This document shows, piece after piece, positions 38,768-51,346 of a stretch of DNA of 64,000 bases. The position numbers were made by a program, and so were the translations under genes. Positions within the stretch are counted from its first letter, which is position 1. Every line of letters begins with the position of its first letter. The DNA is from Prorocentrum cordatum (lineage: Eukaryota), in contig CAUYUJ010000293.1 of the NCBI GenBank assembly GCA_963575745.1, forward strand, positions 1-64,000. Reading direction: 5' to 3'. The notes under the pieces were generated by a model that was not told the DNA's origin, did no database searches, and was given only the letters and a program-made list of their open reading frames with translations.

Positions 38768-39830
38768 TGACGACAGTTACAGGTTTTGGATGACCTGCTC
38801 GGATTACCAACATGATCTGCGGGCCCCATAGGGAGGGGGCTCCCGCCTGAGACTTCCTCGCAGTTCACTCACAGACGAGGCTCCCGCCTGAGACTTCCTC
38901 CATATTCAGGCTTGAGGAGCCCAAAAGTGACGACAGTTACAGGGTTCCGATGACCCGCTCGGATTACCAACATGATCTGCGGGCCCCATAGGGAGGGGGC
39001 TCCCGCCTGAGACTTCTTCACAATTCACTCAAAGACGAGGCTCCCGCCAGAGACTTCCTCCAAATTCAGGCTTGACGAGCCCAAAAGTGACGACAGTTAC
39101 AGGGTTCCGATGACCCGCTCGGATTACCAACATGATCTGCGGGCCCCATAGGGAGGGGGCTCCCGCCTGAGACTTCCTCGCAGTTCACTCACAGACGAGG
39201 CTCCCGCCTGAGACTTCCTCCATATTCAGGCTTGAGGAGCCCAAAAGTGACGACAGTTACAGGGTTCCGATGACCCGCTCGGATTACCAACATGATCTGC
39301 GGGCCCCATAGGGAGGGGGCTCCCGCCTGAGACTTCTTCACAATTCACTCAAAGACGAGGCTCCCGCCAGAGACTTCCTCCAAATTCAGGCTTGACGAGC
39401 CCAAAAGTGACGACAGTTACAGGGTTCCGATGACCCGCTCGGATTACCAACATGATCTGCGGGCCCCATAGGGAGGGGGCTCCCGCTTGAGCCTTCCTCA
39501 GAATTCACTCACAGACGAGGCTCCCGCCTGAGACTTCCTCCATATTCAGGCTTGAGGAGCCCAAAAGTGACGACAGTTACAGGGTTCCGATGACCCGCTC
39601 GGATTACCAACATGATCTGCGGGCCCCATAGGGAGGGAGCTCCCGCCTGAGACTTCCTCCCAATTCACTCACAGACGAGGCTCCCGCCTGAGACTTCCTC
39701 CATTTTCAGGCCTGGGGAGCCCAAAAGTGACGACAGTTACAGGGTTCCGATGACCCGCTCGGATTACCAACATGATCTGCGGGCCCCATAGGGAGGGGGC
39801 TCCCGCCTGAGACTTCCTCACACTTTACTC
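38768..39830. repeat. 160-bp tandem repeat, about 6.6 copies
   Basis: CCAAAAGTGA at 38921, 39081, 39241, 39401, 39561 and 39721. Confidence 0.95.
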
Positions 39831-39832
39831 AA

Positions 39833-40030
39833 CGATGATGAGGATGAGGATGATGAGTGGTGGTGAAGATGAGTGGTGAAGAGGATGATGATTGATTGTG
39901 GGTGGTGGTGGCGATGATGATGTTTGAATGAGGATGATGCCGATACCGATGATGACGATGATGTTCGTGAGCGTGTGAGAGAGTGCGAGTGATGATGATG
40001 TGTGTGTGAATGAGTGCGAGGAGAAGAGGG
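39833..40030. repeat. Degenerate (GAT)n/(GT)n microsatellite
   Basis: GATGATGAGGATGAGGATGATG... and GTGTGTGA tracts near the 5' end of the Helitron2-like element. Confidence 0.85.
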
Positions 40031-40242
40031 GGTGAGTGTTCCTGCGCGGGGTGTCCAGAGAAAACAAGAACCCCACTTTGGATGTGGGGAAAAACTATTC
40101 ACTATGAGTCAGAATGTTGGTATGTGCTGTCGGTGTTCTCAACTTAAGTCGAGCTTGGAAGCTCTACGAGTTCCCCGGCGGTAACCAAGGTTGACGGTTT
40201 ACCGCCGGCGCCCAGTTGGCAAGAAAAATCTCGACGGAACTT

Positions 40243-41349
40243 AACTCGTAGAGCTTCCCTTAGCAAGTTATTGCTGGAAGCTTAAGAGTAATTCCGGAGC
40301 GCTGGAGAGCTAGTTGGCAAGAAAATCTCGATGGACCTTTTGGTGACTTTTGGTCGGTTGAAAATTTTGTTCTCGAAATTTGACCATTCGTTAGGGCTCT
40401 GGTATTTTTTCCCGTCATATTTGATCTTATTCCCGCTCGCCATCTTGATCTCAGCTCGATCGGGTACCTTTTACTGCCAAAAAGCGTCCCGGCGGGAACG
40501 GCCGTTTCGAGTCATCTTGATCGCGTTGTCGGTATTTCGTACTTAACTCGAGCTGTAGGGCAGCTACAGAGCTGGTAAGCACGCCTATCGCATTCAGAAT
40601 TATCAGGCGCGTTCGCTTGTTGAGTCCAGAGGTCTGAACTCGGTCTGCTAGCCGAGCTAGGTCCGCAAACCTATTCGTATTATTCGAGTCATCTTGACAG
40701 ACGCTCTCGGTTTTCTGTACTCAACTCGAGCTGTAGGGCAGCTGCAGGGCTCATCGTCACAGACATCGATGGGAAATCAGCAGTCGCGTTCGTCTATTGA
40801 ACCGAGAGCTCTGAACTCGGCCTGCTGCCCGAGCTAGGTTCGCGAAACTATTCGTATTGTCCGAATCATCTTGAGAAGTGCTCTTATTTTTCTGCAGTGA
40901 ACTCGTGCTGGGGGAGGCCTACAGTGCTGCGGGTCACAGATATCGATTTGTACACATCAGGCGCGTCTGTCGGTCGATTCCAGAGCTCGGAACTCGGTCC
41001 GCTGCTCAAACTAGGTCCGCGAAGCTATTCTATTATTCGAGTCGATACTGTCGGTTTTCTGCACTTAACTCGGGCTGTAGGGGGGCTGCAGGGCTGGGAA
41101 TCACATGAGTGGATTCGCAGACATCAGACGCGCCCGCCTGTCGCATTCAGAGGTCTGAACTCGGTTTCATACTCGAACCGGGTTGCAAAACTGTTTGTTT
41201 TTTTGTTAGGGTCATCTTGAGAGGTCTGAAATCGCTTGGTCTGAAAAACTAGTCGTTCTCTGGAGTTTTTTTCCACACTATATATTGTCAGGAAGCTCTA
41301 CGAGTCCCCCGGCGGTAAGAAAGGTTGACGGTTTACCGCCGGCGCCCAG
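40243..41349 (+). mobile_element. Complete family A element
   Basis: Both termini present, 178-bp units between. Confidence 0.8.
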
Positions 41350-44300
41350 TTCCGGCGCGCTGGAGAGCTAGTTGGCAAGAAAAATCTCGACGGAACTTTT
41401 GGTGACTTTTGGTCGGTTAAAAATTTTGTTCTCGAAATTCAACAATTCGTTTGAGCTCTAGCATTTTTTCCCGTGATATTTGATCTTATCCCCGCTCGCC
41501 ATCTTGATCTCAGCTCGATCGGGTGAATATTACTATCGAAAAGCACTCTGGCGGGATCGGCCGTTTCGAGTCACATACGCGCTGTCGGTTTTCTGAACAT
41601 AACTCGAGCTTTAGGACAGCTACAGAGCTGGTGCGCACAGCTAATCGATGTAGAATGATCAGGCGCGTTCGCCTGTTTTCTGCAGAGGTCTGAACTCGGT
41701 CTGTCAGGCGAGCTAGGTCCGCAAACCTATTCGTATTATTCAAGTCATCTTGACAGAAACTCTCGGTTTTCTGTTCTTAACTCTCGCTGTAGGACAGCTA
41801 CAGAGCAGATGTTTACAGGAACTAATTCAGAATCATCAGTTGCGTTTGTCTGTCGAATCCGTAGCTCTATTCTCGGTCTGCTCTCCGATCTAGAATTGCG
41901 AAACTATTCGTATTGGTTCCTAGTCATCTTTGGAAGTGCTCTTCGTTTTCTTCACTTATCTCGCGCTGAGGGGGGCTATAGTGCTTGTTGTCACAGGATT
42001 CGATTTGAAGACATCAGGCGCGTCCGCCTGTCGAATCCAGAGCTCGGAACTCGGTCTGCTGCCCGGATCAGGTCTGCAAAACTATTGTATTGTTCGAGTC
42101 ATCCTGAGAGGTGCTGTCGGTTTTCTGCACTTAACTCCGGCTGCAGGGGGGCTGCAGGGCTGGTAGTGACAGGAGTCGATTCGCAGACATCAGACGCGCC
42201 CGCCTGTCGCATTGAGAGATCGAACAATATTCACCATAAGTCGGAATGCTGGTAGGTGCTGTCGGTTTTCTCAACTTAAGTCGAGCTAGGAAGCTCTACG
42301 AGTCTCCCGGCGGTAACCAAGGTTGACGGTTTACCGCCGGCGCCCAGTTTGGGTCGGGTTTCCAATGTTTGTACAAAATTTGAAAATTCGTTTTGAGAAC
42401 GGGTATTTTTCTCACGTGTAGTAGGTTATTGCGCGACTGCCAGTTCAATTCTCAGGTTCGTAGCTACAATATTACTATCAAAACACTTGCTGGAACCGAC
42501 GGCCGTTTCGAGTCATGTTGACGCGCATTAGCGGTTTCTGTACTATCTCAGGATATAGGACAGCTACAGAGCTGATGCTTACAGAAACCAATTGAGAATC
42601 ATGAGGCGCGTTCATCTGTTCGATCTACAGCTCTGAACTCGGTCTGCTGCTCGAGCTGGGTTCGCAAAGTTATTTGTATTCTTCGAGTCATTTGACGAGC
42701 GTTGTCCGTTTTCTATACTGAACTCGCGATATCTTGAAAACACAAATCTCAATGTGTAGTGGGCAGCACCGCGCAAGGAAGCTCTACGAGGCTCCCGGTG
42801 GTAACCTGGTTGACGGTTTACCGCCGGCTCCCAGTTCCGGCGCGCTGGAGAGCTAGTTGGCAAGAAAAATCTCGACGGAACTTTTGCTGACTTTTGGTCG
42901 TTTGAAAATTCCGTTCTCGAAATTCAACAATTCGTTAGAGCTCTAGTATTTTTTCCCGTGATATTCGATCTTATTCCCGCTCGCCATCTTGATCTCAGCT
43001 CGGTCGGGTAGCTTTCACTGCCAAAAAGCACTCTGGCGGGATCGGCCGTTTCGAGTTATCTTGATACGCGTTATCGGTATTTTGTACTTAACTCGAGCTG
43101 TAGAGCAGCAACAGAGCTGGTAAGCACACCTATCGCACTCAGAATCATTAATCGCGTTCGCCTGTTGAATCTAGAGGTCTGAACTCGGTCTGCTAGCCGA
43201 GCTAGGTCTGCAAACCTATTGGTATTATTTGGGTTATCTTGATAGACGCCCTCGGTTCTCTGTACTTAACTCGAGCTACAGGACAGCTACAGAGCTGGTA
43301 AGCACACCTATCACATTTAGAATCATTAACCGCGTTCGCCTGTTGGATCTAGAGGTCTGAACTCGGTCTGCTAGTCGAGCTAGGTCTGCAACCTATTGGT
43401 ATTGTTTGGGTCATCTTGATAGACGCCCTCGGTTCTCTGTACTTAACTCGAGTTACAGGACAGCTACAGAGCTGGTAAGCACGCCTATCGCATTCAGAAT
43501 CATTAGGCGCGTTCGCCTGTTGAATCTAGACGTCTGAACTCGTTCTGCTAGGCGAGCTAGGTCCGCAAACATATTCGTATCATGTTGGTCATCTTCATAG
43601 ACGCCCTCGGTTTTCTGTACTTAACTCGAGCTCTAGGGCAGCTACAGAGCTCATAGTCACATAAATCGATTGGGAATCATCAGGCGCGTTCGTGCGTCGA
43701 ATCGAGAGCTCTGGACTCGGCCTGCTGCCCGAGCTAGGCTCGCAAAACTATTCGTATTGTTCGAGTTATTCTGAGAAGTGCTCTAGGTATTCCGCACATA
43801 ACTCGTGCTGGGAAGGGCTACAGTACTGCTGGTCACGGAAATCGATTCTGAGACATCAGACGCGTCTGTCTGTCGAACCCAGAGCTCGGAACTCGGTCTG
43901 CTGCTCGAACTAGGTCCGCGAAACTGTTGTATTATTGGAGTTGTTCGTTTTTTGTTAGAGTCATCTTGAGAGGTCTGAAATCGCTTGGGCTGAAAAACTA
44001 GTCGTTCTTTGAATTTTTTCGCATCCCTACGAGTCAGGAAGCTCTACGAGTCCCCCGGCGGTAACAAAGGTTGACGGTTTACCGCCGGCGCCCAGTAATT
44101 CCGGCGCGCGGGAGAGCTAGTTGTCTCGAAAAAAAAAAAACTGAACTTTTCACAACTTTTGGTCGGTTGAAAATTTTGTTCTCGAAATTCAACACTTCGT
44201 TTGTGCTCTAGTATTTTTTCCCGTGGTATTCGATCTTATTTCCGCTCGTCATCTTGATCTCAGCTCGATCGGGTATTTTTTATTGCCAAAAAGCACACTG

Positions 44301-45255
44301 GCGGGATCGGCCGTTTCGAGTCATCTTAATACGCGTTGTCGGTATTTTGTACTTAACTCGAGCTGTAGGACAGCTACAGAGCTGGTAAGCACAGCTAATC
44401 GATGTAGAATGATTGGGTGCGTTCGCCTGTTGAATCCAGAGCTCTGAACTCGGTTTGCTAGCCGAGCTAGGTCCGCAAACCTATTCGTATTATTCAAGTC
44501 ATCTTGATTCGCACTGTCGGTATTCTGAACTTAACTCGAGATATAGGACAGCTACAGAGCTGGTAAGCACGCCTCATCGACTCAGAATCATCAGGCGCGT
44601 TCGGCTGTTCCAACCAGAGGTCTGAACTCGGTCTGCTAGCCGAGCCAGGTCCGCAAACCTATTCGTATTATTCGAATCATCTTGATAGGCGCTCTCGGTT
44701 TCCTGTACTTAACTCGAGCTATAGGACAGCTACAGGGCTGATAGTTACAGAAACCGATTCAGAATCATCAGTCGCGTTTGTCTGTCGAATCCAGAGCTCT
44801 GAACTCGGTCTGCTGCGCGATCCAGAATCACGAAACTGTTCGTATTCTTCCAGTCATCTTGAGAGCTACTGTCGGCGTTCTGCACTTAACTCGGGCTGTA
44901 GGGAGGCTGCAGGGCGGGTAATCACAGGAATCGATTCGGAGACATCAGACGCGTCCGTCTGTCGCATTCAGAGGTCTGAACTCGGTCTGATACTCGAGTT
45001 GGGCTGAACAACTATTCGTTCTCTGCATTTTTTTTCGACATTATATGTTGTCAGGGAGCTCTACGAGTCCCCCGGCGGTAACAAAGGTTGACGGTTTACC
45101 GCCGGCGCCCAGTGTGCCCGCACGCGTGCAGGCACGTGTGGAACCGTTCCTGGCAGTCCTTCGGTAGCGCAGCAGGGGGGCTTCCAAGAACCCTCTAGCA
45201 AAGATTTTCCCTCCCGAAAGGGTCTGTTCGCTTCGCGGGTTTTGGACTACCAAGT

Positions 45256-46686
45256 ACCTCGTAGAGCTCTTCGGCATCGATGAGCTAGAGGAATTTTGGC
45301 GCGGGGTGAAGCTAGTTGGAGCGCCCGGCCAGAAAGCACAAATAACTCGTAGAGCTTCCCTTAGCAAGTTATTGCTGGAAGCTAAGAGTAATTCCGGCGC
45401 GCTGGAGAGCTAGTTGGCAAGAAAAATCTCGACGGAACTTTTGGTGACTTTTGGTCGGTTAAAAATTTTGTTCTCGAAATTTGAACATTCGTTAGAGCTC
45501 TTGTATGCTTTCCCGTGATATTCGATCTTATTCCCGCTTGCCATCTTGATCTCAGTTCGATCGGGTGAATATTACTATCGAAAAGCACTCTGGCGGGATC
45601 GGCCGTTTTGAGTCATCTTGATATGCGCTGACGGTTTTCTGAAGATAACTCGAGCTCTAGGGCAGCTACAGAGCTGGTAAGCACAGCTAATGCATGCAGA
45701 ATGATCAGGCGCGTTCGCCTGTTGAACCCAGAGGTCTGAACTCGGTCTGCTAGCCGAGCTAGGTCCGCAAACCTGATCGTATTATTCGAGACATCTTGAT
45801 AGAAACTCTCGGTTTTCTGCACTTAACTCGAGCTGTAGGACAGCTACAGAGCTGATATTTACAGGCACCAATTTAGAATCATCAGTTGCGTTTCTCTGTC
45901 GAATCCAGAGCTCTGAACTCGGTCTGCTGCCCGATCTAGAATCGCGAAACTATTCGTATCGTTCGAGTCGCTTGCGAGATGCTGTCGGTTATCTGGACTT
46001 AACTCGGCTGTAGGGGGGCTGCATGGCTGGTAATCACTGGAATCGATGTTAAGACATCAGGCGCGTCCGACTGTCGAATACAGAGCTCTGAACTCTGTCT
46101 GCTGCCCGAACTAGGTCCGCGAAACTATTCCTATTGTTCGAGTCATCCTGAGAGGTGCTGTCGGTTTTCTGCACTTAACTCGGGCTGTAGGGGGGCTGCA
46201 GGGCTGGTAATGCCAGGAGTCCGCAGACATCAGACGCGTCCGTCTGTCGCATTCAGAGGTACACAACTATTCACTATGCGTCAGATTGTTGGTAAGTGCT
46301 CTCTGTTTTCTCAACTTAAGTCGAGTTAGGAAGCTCTACGAGTCTCCCGGCGGTAACCAAGGTTGACGGTTTACCGCCGGCGCCCAGTTGCTGACTTTTG
46401 GTCGATATTGCAAAAAAATGAAGATATTTCACATTTATTTTGAGAGAACAGATTTTTGCGCGTCGCATTGGCATACAAACTCCTCTCTCAGCTCAGCTCT
46501 GCCGATGCATTTTTACATGAGTTGACTTCCGGGAACCGAGCGAATGTGAACATAAAAAAAATCGAAAATTGACTTCGAAAATCTCTATGTTTCCACTCTC
46601 TGTCGATTCTTTGCACTCTTACCAGTGAGAGGAGCTCTACGAGGGTTTCGGCGGTGACCAGGTTGACGGTCCACCGCCGACGCCAG
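45256..46686 (+). mobile_element. Family B element containing nested A' element (45344-46387)
   Basis: GCACAAA-T[A']T-TGCTGACTTTT matches the uninterrupted GGACAAATTGGTGACTTTT at about 23890. Confidence 0.85.
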
Positions 46687-46726
46687 TTCACCCGATCGAG
46701 CTGAGATCAAGAGGGCGAGCGGGAAT

Positions 46727-47792
46727 AACTCGTAGACCTTCCCTTAGCAATTGCTGAAGCTCAAGAGTAATTCCAGGGCGCTGGAGAGCTAGTTGGCTAG
46801 AAAAAATCTCGACGGACCTTTGCTGACTTTTGGTCGGTTGAAAATTTGTTCTCGAAATTGAACAATTTTTTTGAGCTCTATTTTTTTTTTCCGTGATATT
46901 CGATCTTATTCCTGCTCGCCATCTTGATCTCAGCTCGATCGGGTACCTTTTACTGCCAAAAAGCACTCCGGCGCGATCGTTCCGAGTCATCTTGATACGC
47001 GCTGTCGGTTTTCTCAAGATAACTCGAGCTTCAGGACAGATATAGAGCTTGTAATAACATCTAATCGATTCAGAATGATTAGGCGCGTTCGCCTGTTGAA
47101 TCCAGAGGTCTGATCTCGGTCTGCTTGTCGAGCTAGGTCCGAAAACCTATTCGTATTATTCGAGTCATCGTAGTGGACACTCTTGGTTTTATGTACTTAA
47201 CTCGAGCTGTAGGGCAGTTACAGAGCTCATAGTCACAGAAATCGATTGGGAATCATCAGGCGCGTTCGTCTGTTCAATCGCGAGCTCTAAACTCGGCCTG
47301 CTCGATGCGAAACTATTCGTATTGTTCGAGTCATCTTGAGAAGTACTCTCGGTTTTCTGCGCTTAACTCGTGCTGGGGGAGGGCTACAGTGCTGCTGGTC
47401 ACATAAATCGATTTGAAAACATCAGGCGCGTCCGTCTGTCGAACCGAGAGCTCGAAACTCGGTCTGCTGCTCGAACTAGCTCCGCGAAACTATTGTATTA
47501 TTCAAGTCATCCTGAGAGCTGCTGTCGGTTTCTGGACTTAACTCGGGCTGTAGGGGGGCTGCAGGGCTGGTATTTCTTAACAGGAGTCGATTCACAGACA
47601 TCAGACGCGTCCGCCTGGTCTGAACTCGGTTTGACACTCGAGCTGGGTTCCAATTCGTTTTTTTGCCAGAGTCATCTTGAGAGGTCTGGCTTGGGCTGAA
47701 CTTCTCTTGATTTTTTTCCACATTATATACTGTCAGGAAGCTCTACGCGTCGCCGGCGGTCACAAAGGTTGACGTTTACCGCCGGCGCCCAG
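46727..47792 (+). mobile_element. Family A element inserted into a minus-strand A element
   Basis: Flanks GCGAGCGGGAA-T and T-AACATCGAATAT rejoin the reverse complement of A (GCGGGAATAAGATCGAATAT). Confidence 0.85.
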
Positions 47793-50190
47793 TAACATCG
47801 AATATGACGGGCAAAAAATACTAGAGCTCTAACAAATGTTCAAATTTCGAGAAGAAAATTTTCAACAGACCAAAAGTCAGCAAAAGTTCCGTCGAGATTT
47901 TTCTTGCCAACTAGCTCTCCAGTGCGTCTGAATTACTCTTAAGCTTCCAGCTGCTAGCTTAGGGAAGCTGTACGAGTCACTTGTTAGCGTCCACTTGGTA
48001 GCGTGCAAAACCCAGAGAGCGAAGAGACCCTTTGGGGGCGGGAAATCTTTCCTGGATTCGAGTCATCTTGATATGCGCTGACGGTTTACTGAACATAACT
48101 CGAGCTTCAGGACAGCTACAGAGCTGGTAAGCAAGCTAGTCGATGTAGACTGATTAGACGCGTTGGCCTGTTGAATACAGAGGTCTGAACTCGGTCTGTG
48201 AGCCGAGCTAGGTCAGCAAACCTATTCGTATTATTCGAGTCATCTTGACCAGAACTCTTGGTTTTCTGTACTTAACTCGAGCTGTAGGAGAGTTACAGAG
48301 CTGATGTTTACATAAACCGATTCAGAATCATCAGTTGCGTTTGTCTTCCAGAGCTCTGATCTCGGTCTTCTGTCCGATCTAGAATCGCGAACCTATTCGT
48401 ATTGTTCGAGTCATCCTAAGAGGTGCTGTCGGTTTTCTGCACTGAACTCGGGCTGTAGGAATGCTGCAGTGCTGGTGGTTATTTGAAGACATCAAGCGCG
48501 TCCGCCTGTCGAATCCAGAGCTCGGAACTCGGTCTGATGCCCGAATTAGGTCTGCGAAACTACTGTATTGTTCGAGTCATCCTGAGAGAGTGCTGTCGGT
48601 TTTCTCAAGATAACTCGAGCTTCAGGACAGCTACAGAGCTGGTAAGAACAGCTAATCGATTCAGAATGATTAGGCGCGTTCGCCTGTTGAATCCAGAGGT
48701 CTGATCTCGGTCTGCTTGTCGAGCTAGGTCCGAAACCCTATTCGTATTATTCGAGTCATCGTAGTAGACACTCTTGGTTTTCTGTACTTAACTCGAGCTG
48801 TAGGGCAGTTACAGAGCTCATAGTCACAGAAATCGATTGGGAATCGTCAGGCGCGTTCGTCTGTTCAATCGCGAGCTCTGAACTCGGCCTGCTGCCCGAG
48901 GCGAAACTATTCGTATTGTTCGAGTCATCTTGAGAAGTACTCTCGGTTTTCTGCACTTAACTCGTGCTGGGGGAGGGCTACAGTGCTGCTGGTCACATAA
49001 ATCGATTTGGAAACATCAGGCGCGTCCGTCTGTCGAACCGAGAGCTCGAAACTCGGTCTGCTGCTCGAACTAGCTCCGCGAAACTATTGTATTATTCAAG
49101 TCATCCTGAGAGCTGCTGTCGGTTTCTGGACTTAACTCGGGCTGTAGGGGGGCTGCAGGGCTGGTAATAAATAACAGGAGTCGATTCACAGACATCAGAC
49201 GCGTCCGCCTGTCGCATTCAGAGGTCTGAACTCGGTTTGACACTCGAGCTGGGTTCCAATTCGTTTTTTTACCAGAGTCATCTTGAGAGGTCTGGCTTGG
49301 GCTGAAATTCTCTTGAATTTTTTTCCACATTATATACTGTCAGGAAGCTCTACGAGTCCCCGGCGGTAACAAAGGTTGACGTTTACCGCCGGCGCCCAGT
49401 AAGATCGAATATCACGGGCAAAAAATACTAGAGCTCTAACGAATGTTCAAATTTCGATAACACAATTTTCAACCGACCAAAAGTCAGCAAAAGTTCCGTC
49501 GAGATTTTTCTTGCCAACTAGCTCTCCAGTGCGTCTGAATTACTCTTAAGCTTCCAGCTGCTAGCTTAGGGAAGCTCTACGAGTCACTTGTTAGCGTCCA
49601 CTTGGTAGCGTGCAAAACCCAGAGAGCGAAGAGACCCTTTGGGGACGGGAAATCTTTCCTGGCTTCGAGTCATCTTGATACGCGCTGACGGTTTTCAAAA
49701 CATAACTCGAGCTTCAGGACAGCTACAGAGCTGGTAAGCAAGCTAGTCGATGTAGACTGATTAGACGCGTTGGCCTGTTGAATACAGAGGTCTGAACTCG
49801 GTCTGTGAGCCGAGCTAGGTCCGCAAACCTATTCGTATTTTTCGAGTCATCTTGACCAGAACTCTTGGTTTTCTGTACTTAACTCGAGCTGTAGGAGAGT
49901 TACAGAGCTGATGTTTACATAAACCGATTCAGAATCATCAGTTGCGTTTGTCTGCCAGAGCTCTGATCTCGGTCTGCTGTCCGATCTAGAATCGCGAACC
50001 TATTCGTATTGGTCGAGTCATCCTAAGAGGTGCTGTCGGTTTTCTGCACTTAACTCGGGCTGTAGGAATGCTGCAGTGCTGGTGGTTATTTGAAGACATC
50101 AAGCGCGTCCGCCTGTCGAATCCAGAGCTCGGAACTCGGTCTGATGCCCGAATTAGGTCTGCGAAACTACTGTATTGTTCGAGTCATCCT
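47000..50190 (+). repeat. Tandem duplication of about 1.6 kb (about 47000-48590 and 48592-50190)
   Basis: Shared private variants (GGTTGACGTTTACC deletion, inverted A 5' end, same junctions) in both halves. Confidence 0.85.
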
Positions 50191-51346
50191 GAGAGGTGCT
50201 GTCGGTTTTCTGCACTTAACTCGGGCTGTAGGGGGGCTGCAGGGCTGGTAATGACAGGAGTCGATTCGCATACATCAGACGCGCCCGCCTGTCGCATTCA
50301 GAGGGCAAAACATATTCACTAGGAGTCGGAATGTTGGTAGGTGCTGTCGGTTTTCTCAACTTAAGTCGAGCTAGGAAGCTCTACGAGTCCCCCGGTGGTA
50401 ACCAAGGTTGACGGTTTACCGCCGGCGCCCAGTTCCGGGGCGCTGTTCCATCCAGAGGTCTGAACTCGGTCTGCTAGCCGAGCTAGGTTCGAAAAACCTA
50501 TTCGTATTATTCGAGTCATCTCGACAGACGCTCTCGGTTTTCTATACTCAACTCGACAGCTACAGAGCTGATGCGTACAGAATCTGATCGAGCATCATCT
50601 GAACTTGGTCTGCTGCCCGATCTAGTATCGCGAAACTATTCGTATTCTTCGAGTCATCTTGAGAGATGCTGTCGGTTCTCTGCACTTAACTCGGGCTGTA
50701 GGGGGGCTGCATGCTGGTAATCACAGAAATCGATTCGAAGACGTCAGACGCGCCTGTCGCATTCAGAGGTCTGAACTCGGCCTGATACTCCAGCTGGGTT
50801 TGCCAAACTATTCATTGTTCGAGTCATCCTGAGAGGTGCTGTGGGTTTCCTGCTCTTAACTCGGGCTGTAGGGGGGCTGCAGGGCTGGTAATCACAGGAA
50901 TCGATTCAGAGACATCATACGCGTATGCAGAGGTTTGAACTTGGTCTGATACTCGAGCTAGGTTTGCCAAACTATTCGTATTGTTCGAGTCATCTGTGCT
51001 GTCGATTTACGCACGTAACTCGGGCTGTAGGAGAGCTACAGAGCTCGTACAGAAGACAATCCAGAAGCATCGGGGGCGTTCGGCTGTTGCATCCGAGAGG
51101 TCTGAAATTGCTTGGGCTGAAAAACTATTGTGTAATTTTTTTCGACATTACATGTTGTCAGGAAGCTCTACGAGTCCCCCGGCGGTAACAAAGGTTGACG
51201 GCTTACCGCCGGCGCCCAGTCTCTCCGCTCTCCGGGTTTTCGACGCTACCAAGTTACCAAGTGACTCGTAGAGCTTGCCTTCGACGCTACCAAGTTACCA
51301 AGTGACTCGTAGAGCTTCCCTAAGCAGCTGGAAGCTTAAGAGTAAT

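Larger units (their letters stand above)
37798..40089 (-). mobile_element. Internally deleted Helitron2/Helentron-like element
   Basis: Inserted in a T-run (- strand) with no complex TSD. Asymmetric inverted repeats ATGTGGGG (40082-40089) and CCCCACAT (37815-37822); 5' hairpin CCCCAC-N7-GTGGGG; short 3' hairpin TCCG-A-CGGA (37802-37810). Contains a helicase remnant, a microsatellite and a tandem array. Confidence 0.8.
36880..40215 (+). mobile_element. Family A' element interrupted by an unrelated Helitron2-like element
   Basis: GACTCGTAGAGCTTCC start; broken at GAGGTCAA / AAAAACTATTCAC (compare the uninterrupted site near 26225); ends with the A' terminus. Confidence 0.8.

Noticed and set aside
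37873..38793. 306-aa + strand ORF and overlapping GC-rich ORFs
   Set aside because: Antisense or alternative-frame shadows of the GC-rich helicase remnant; no recognisable motifs.
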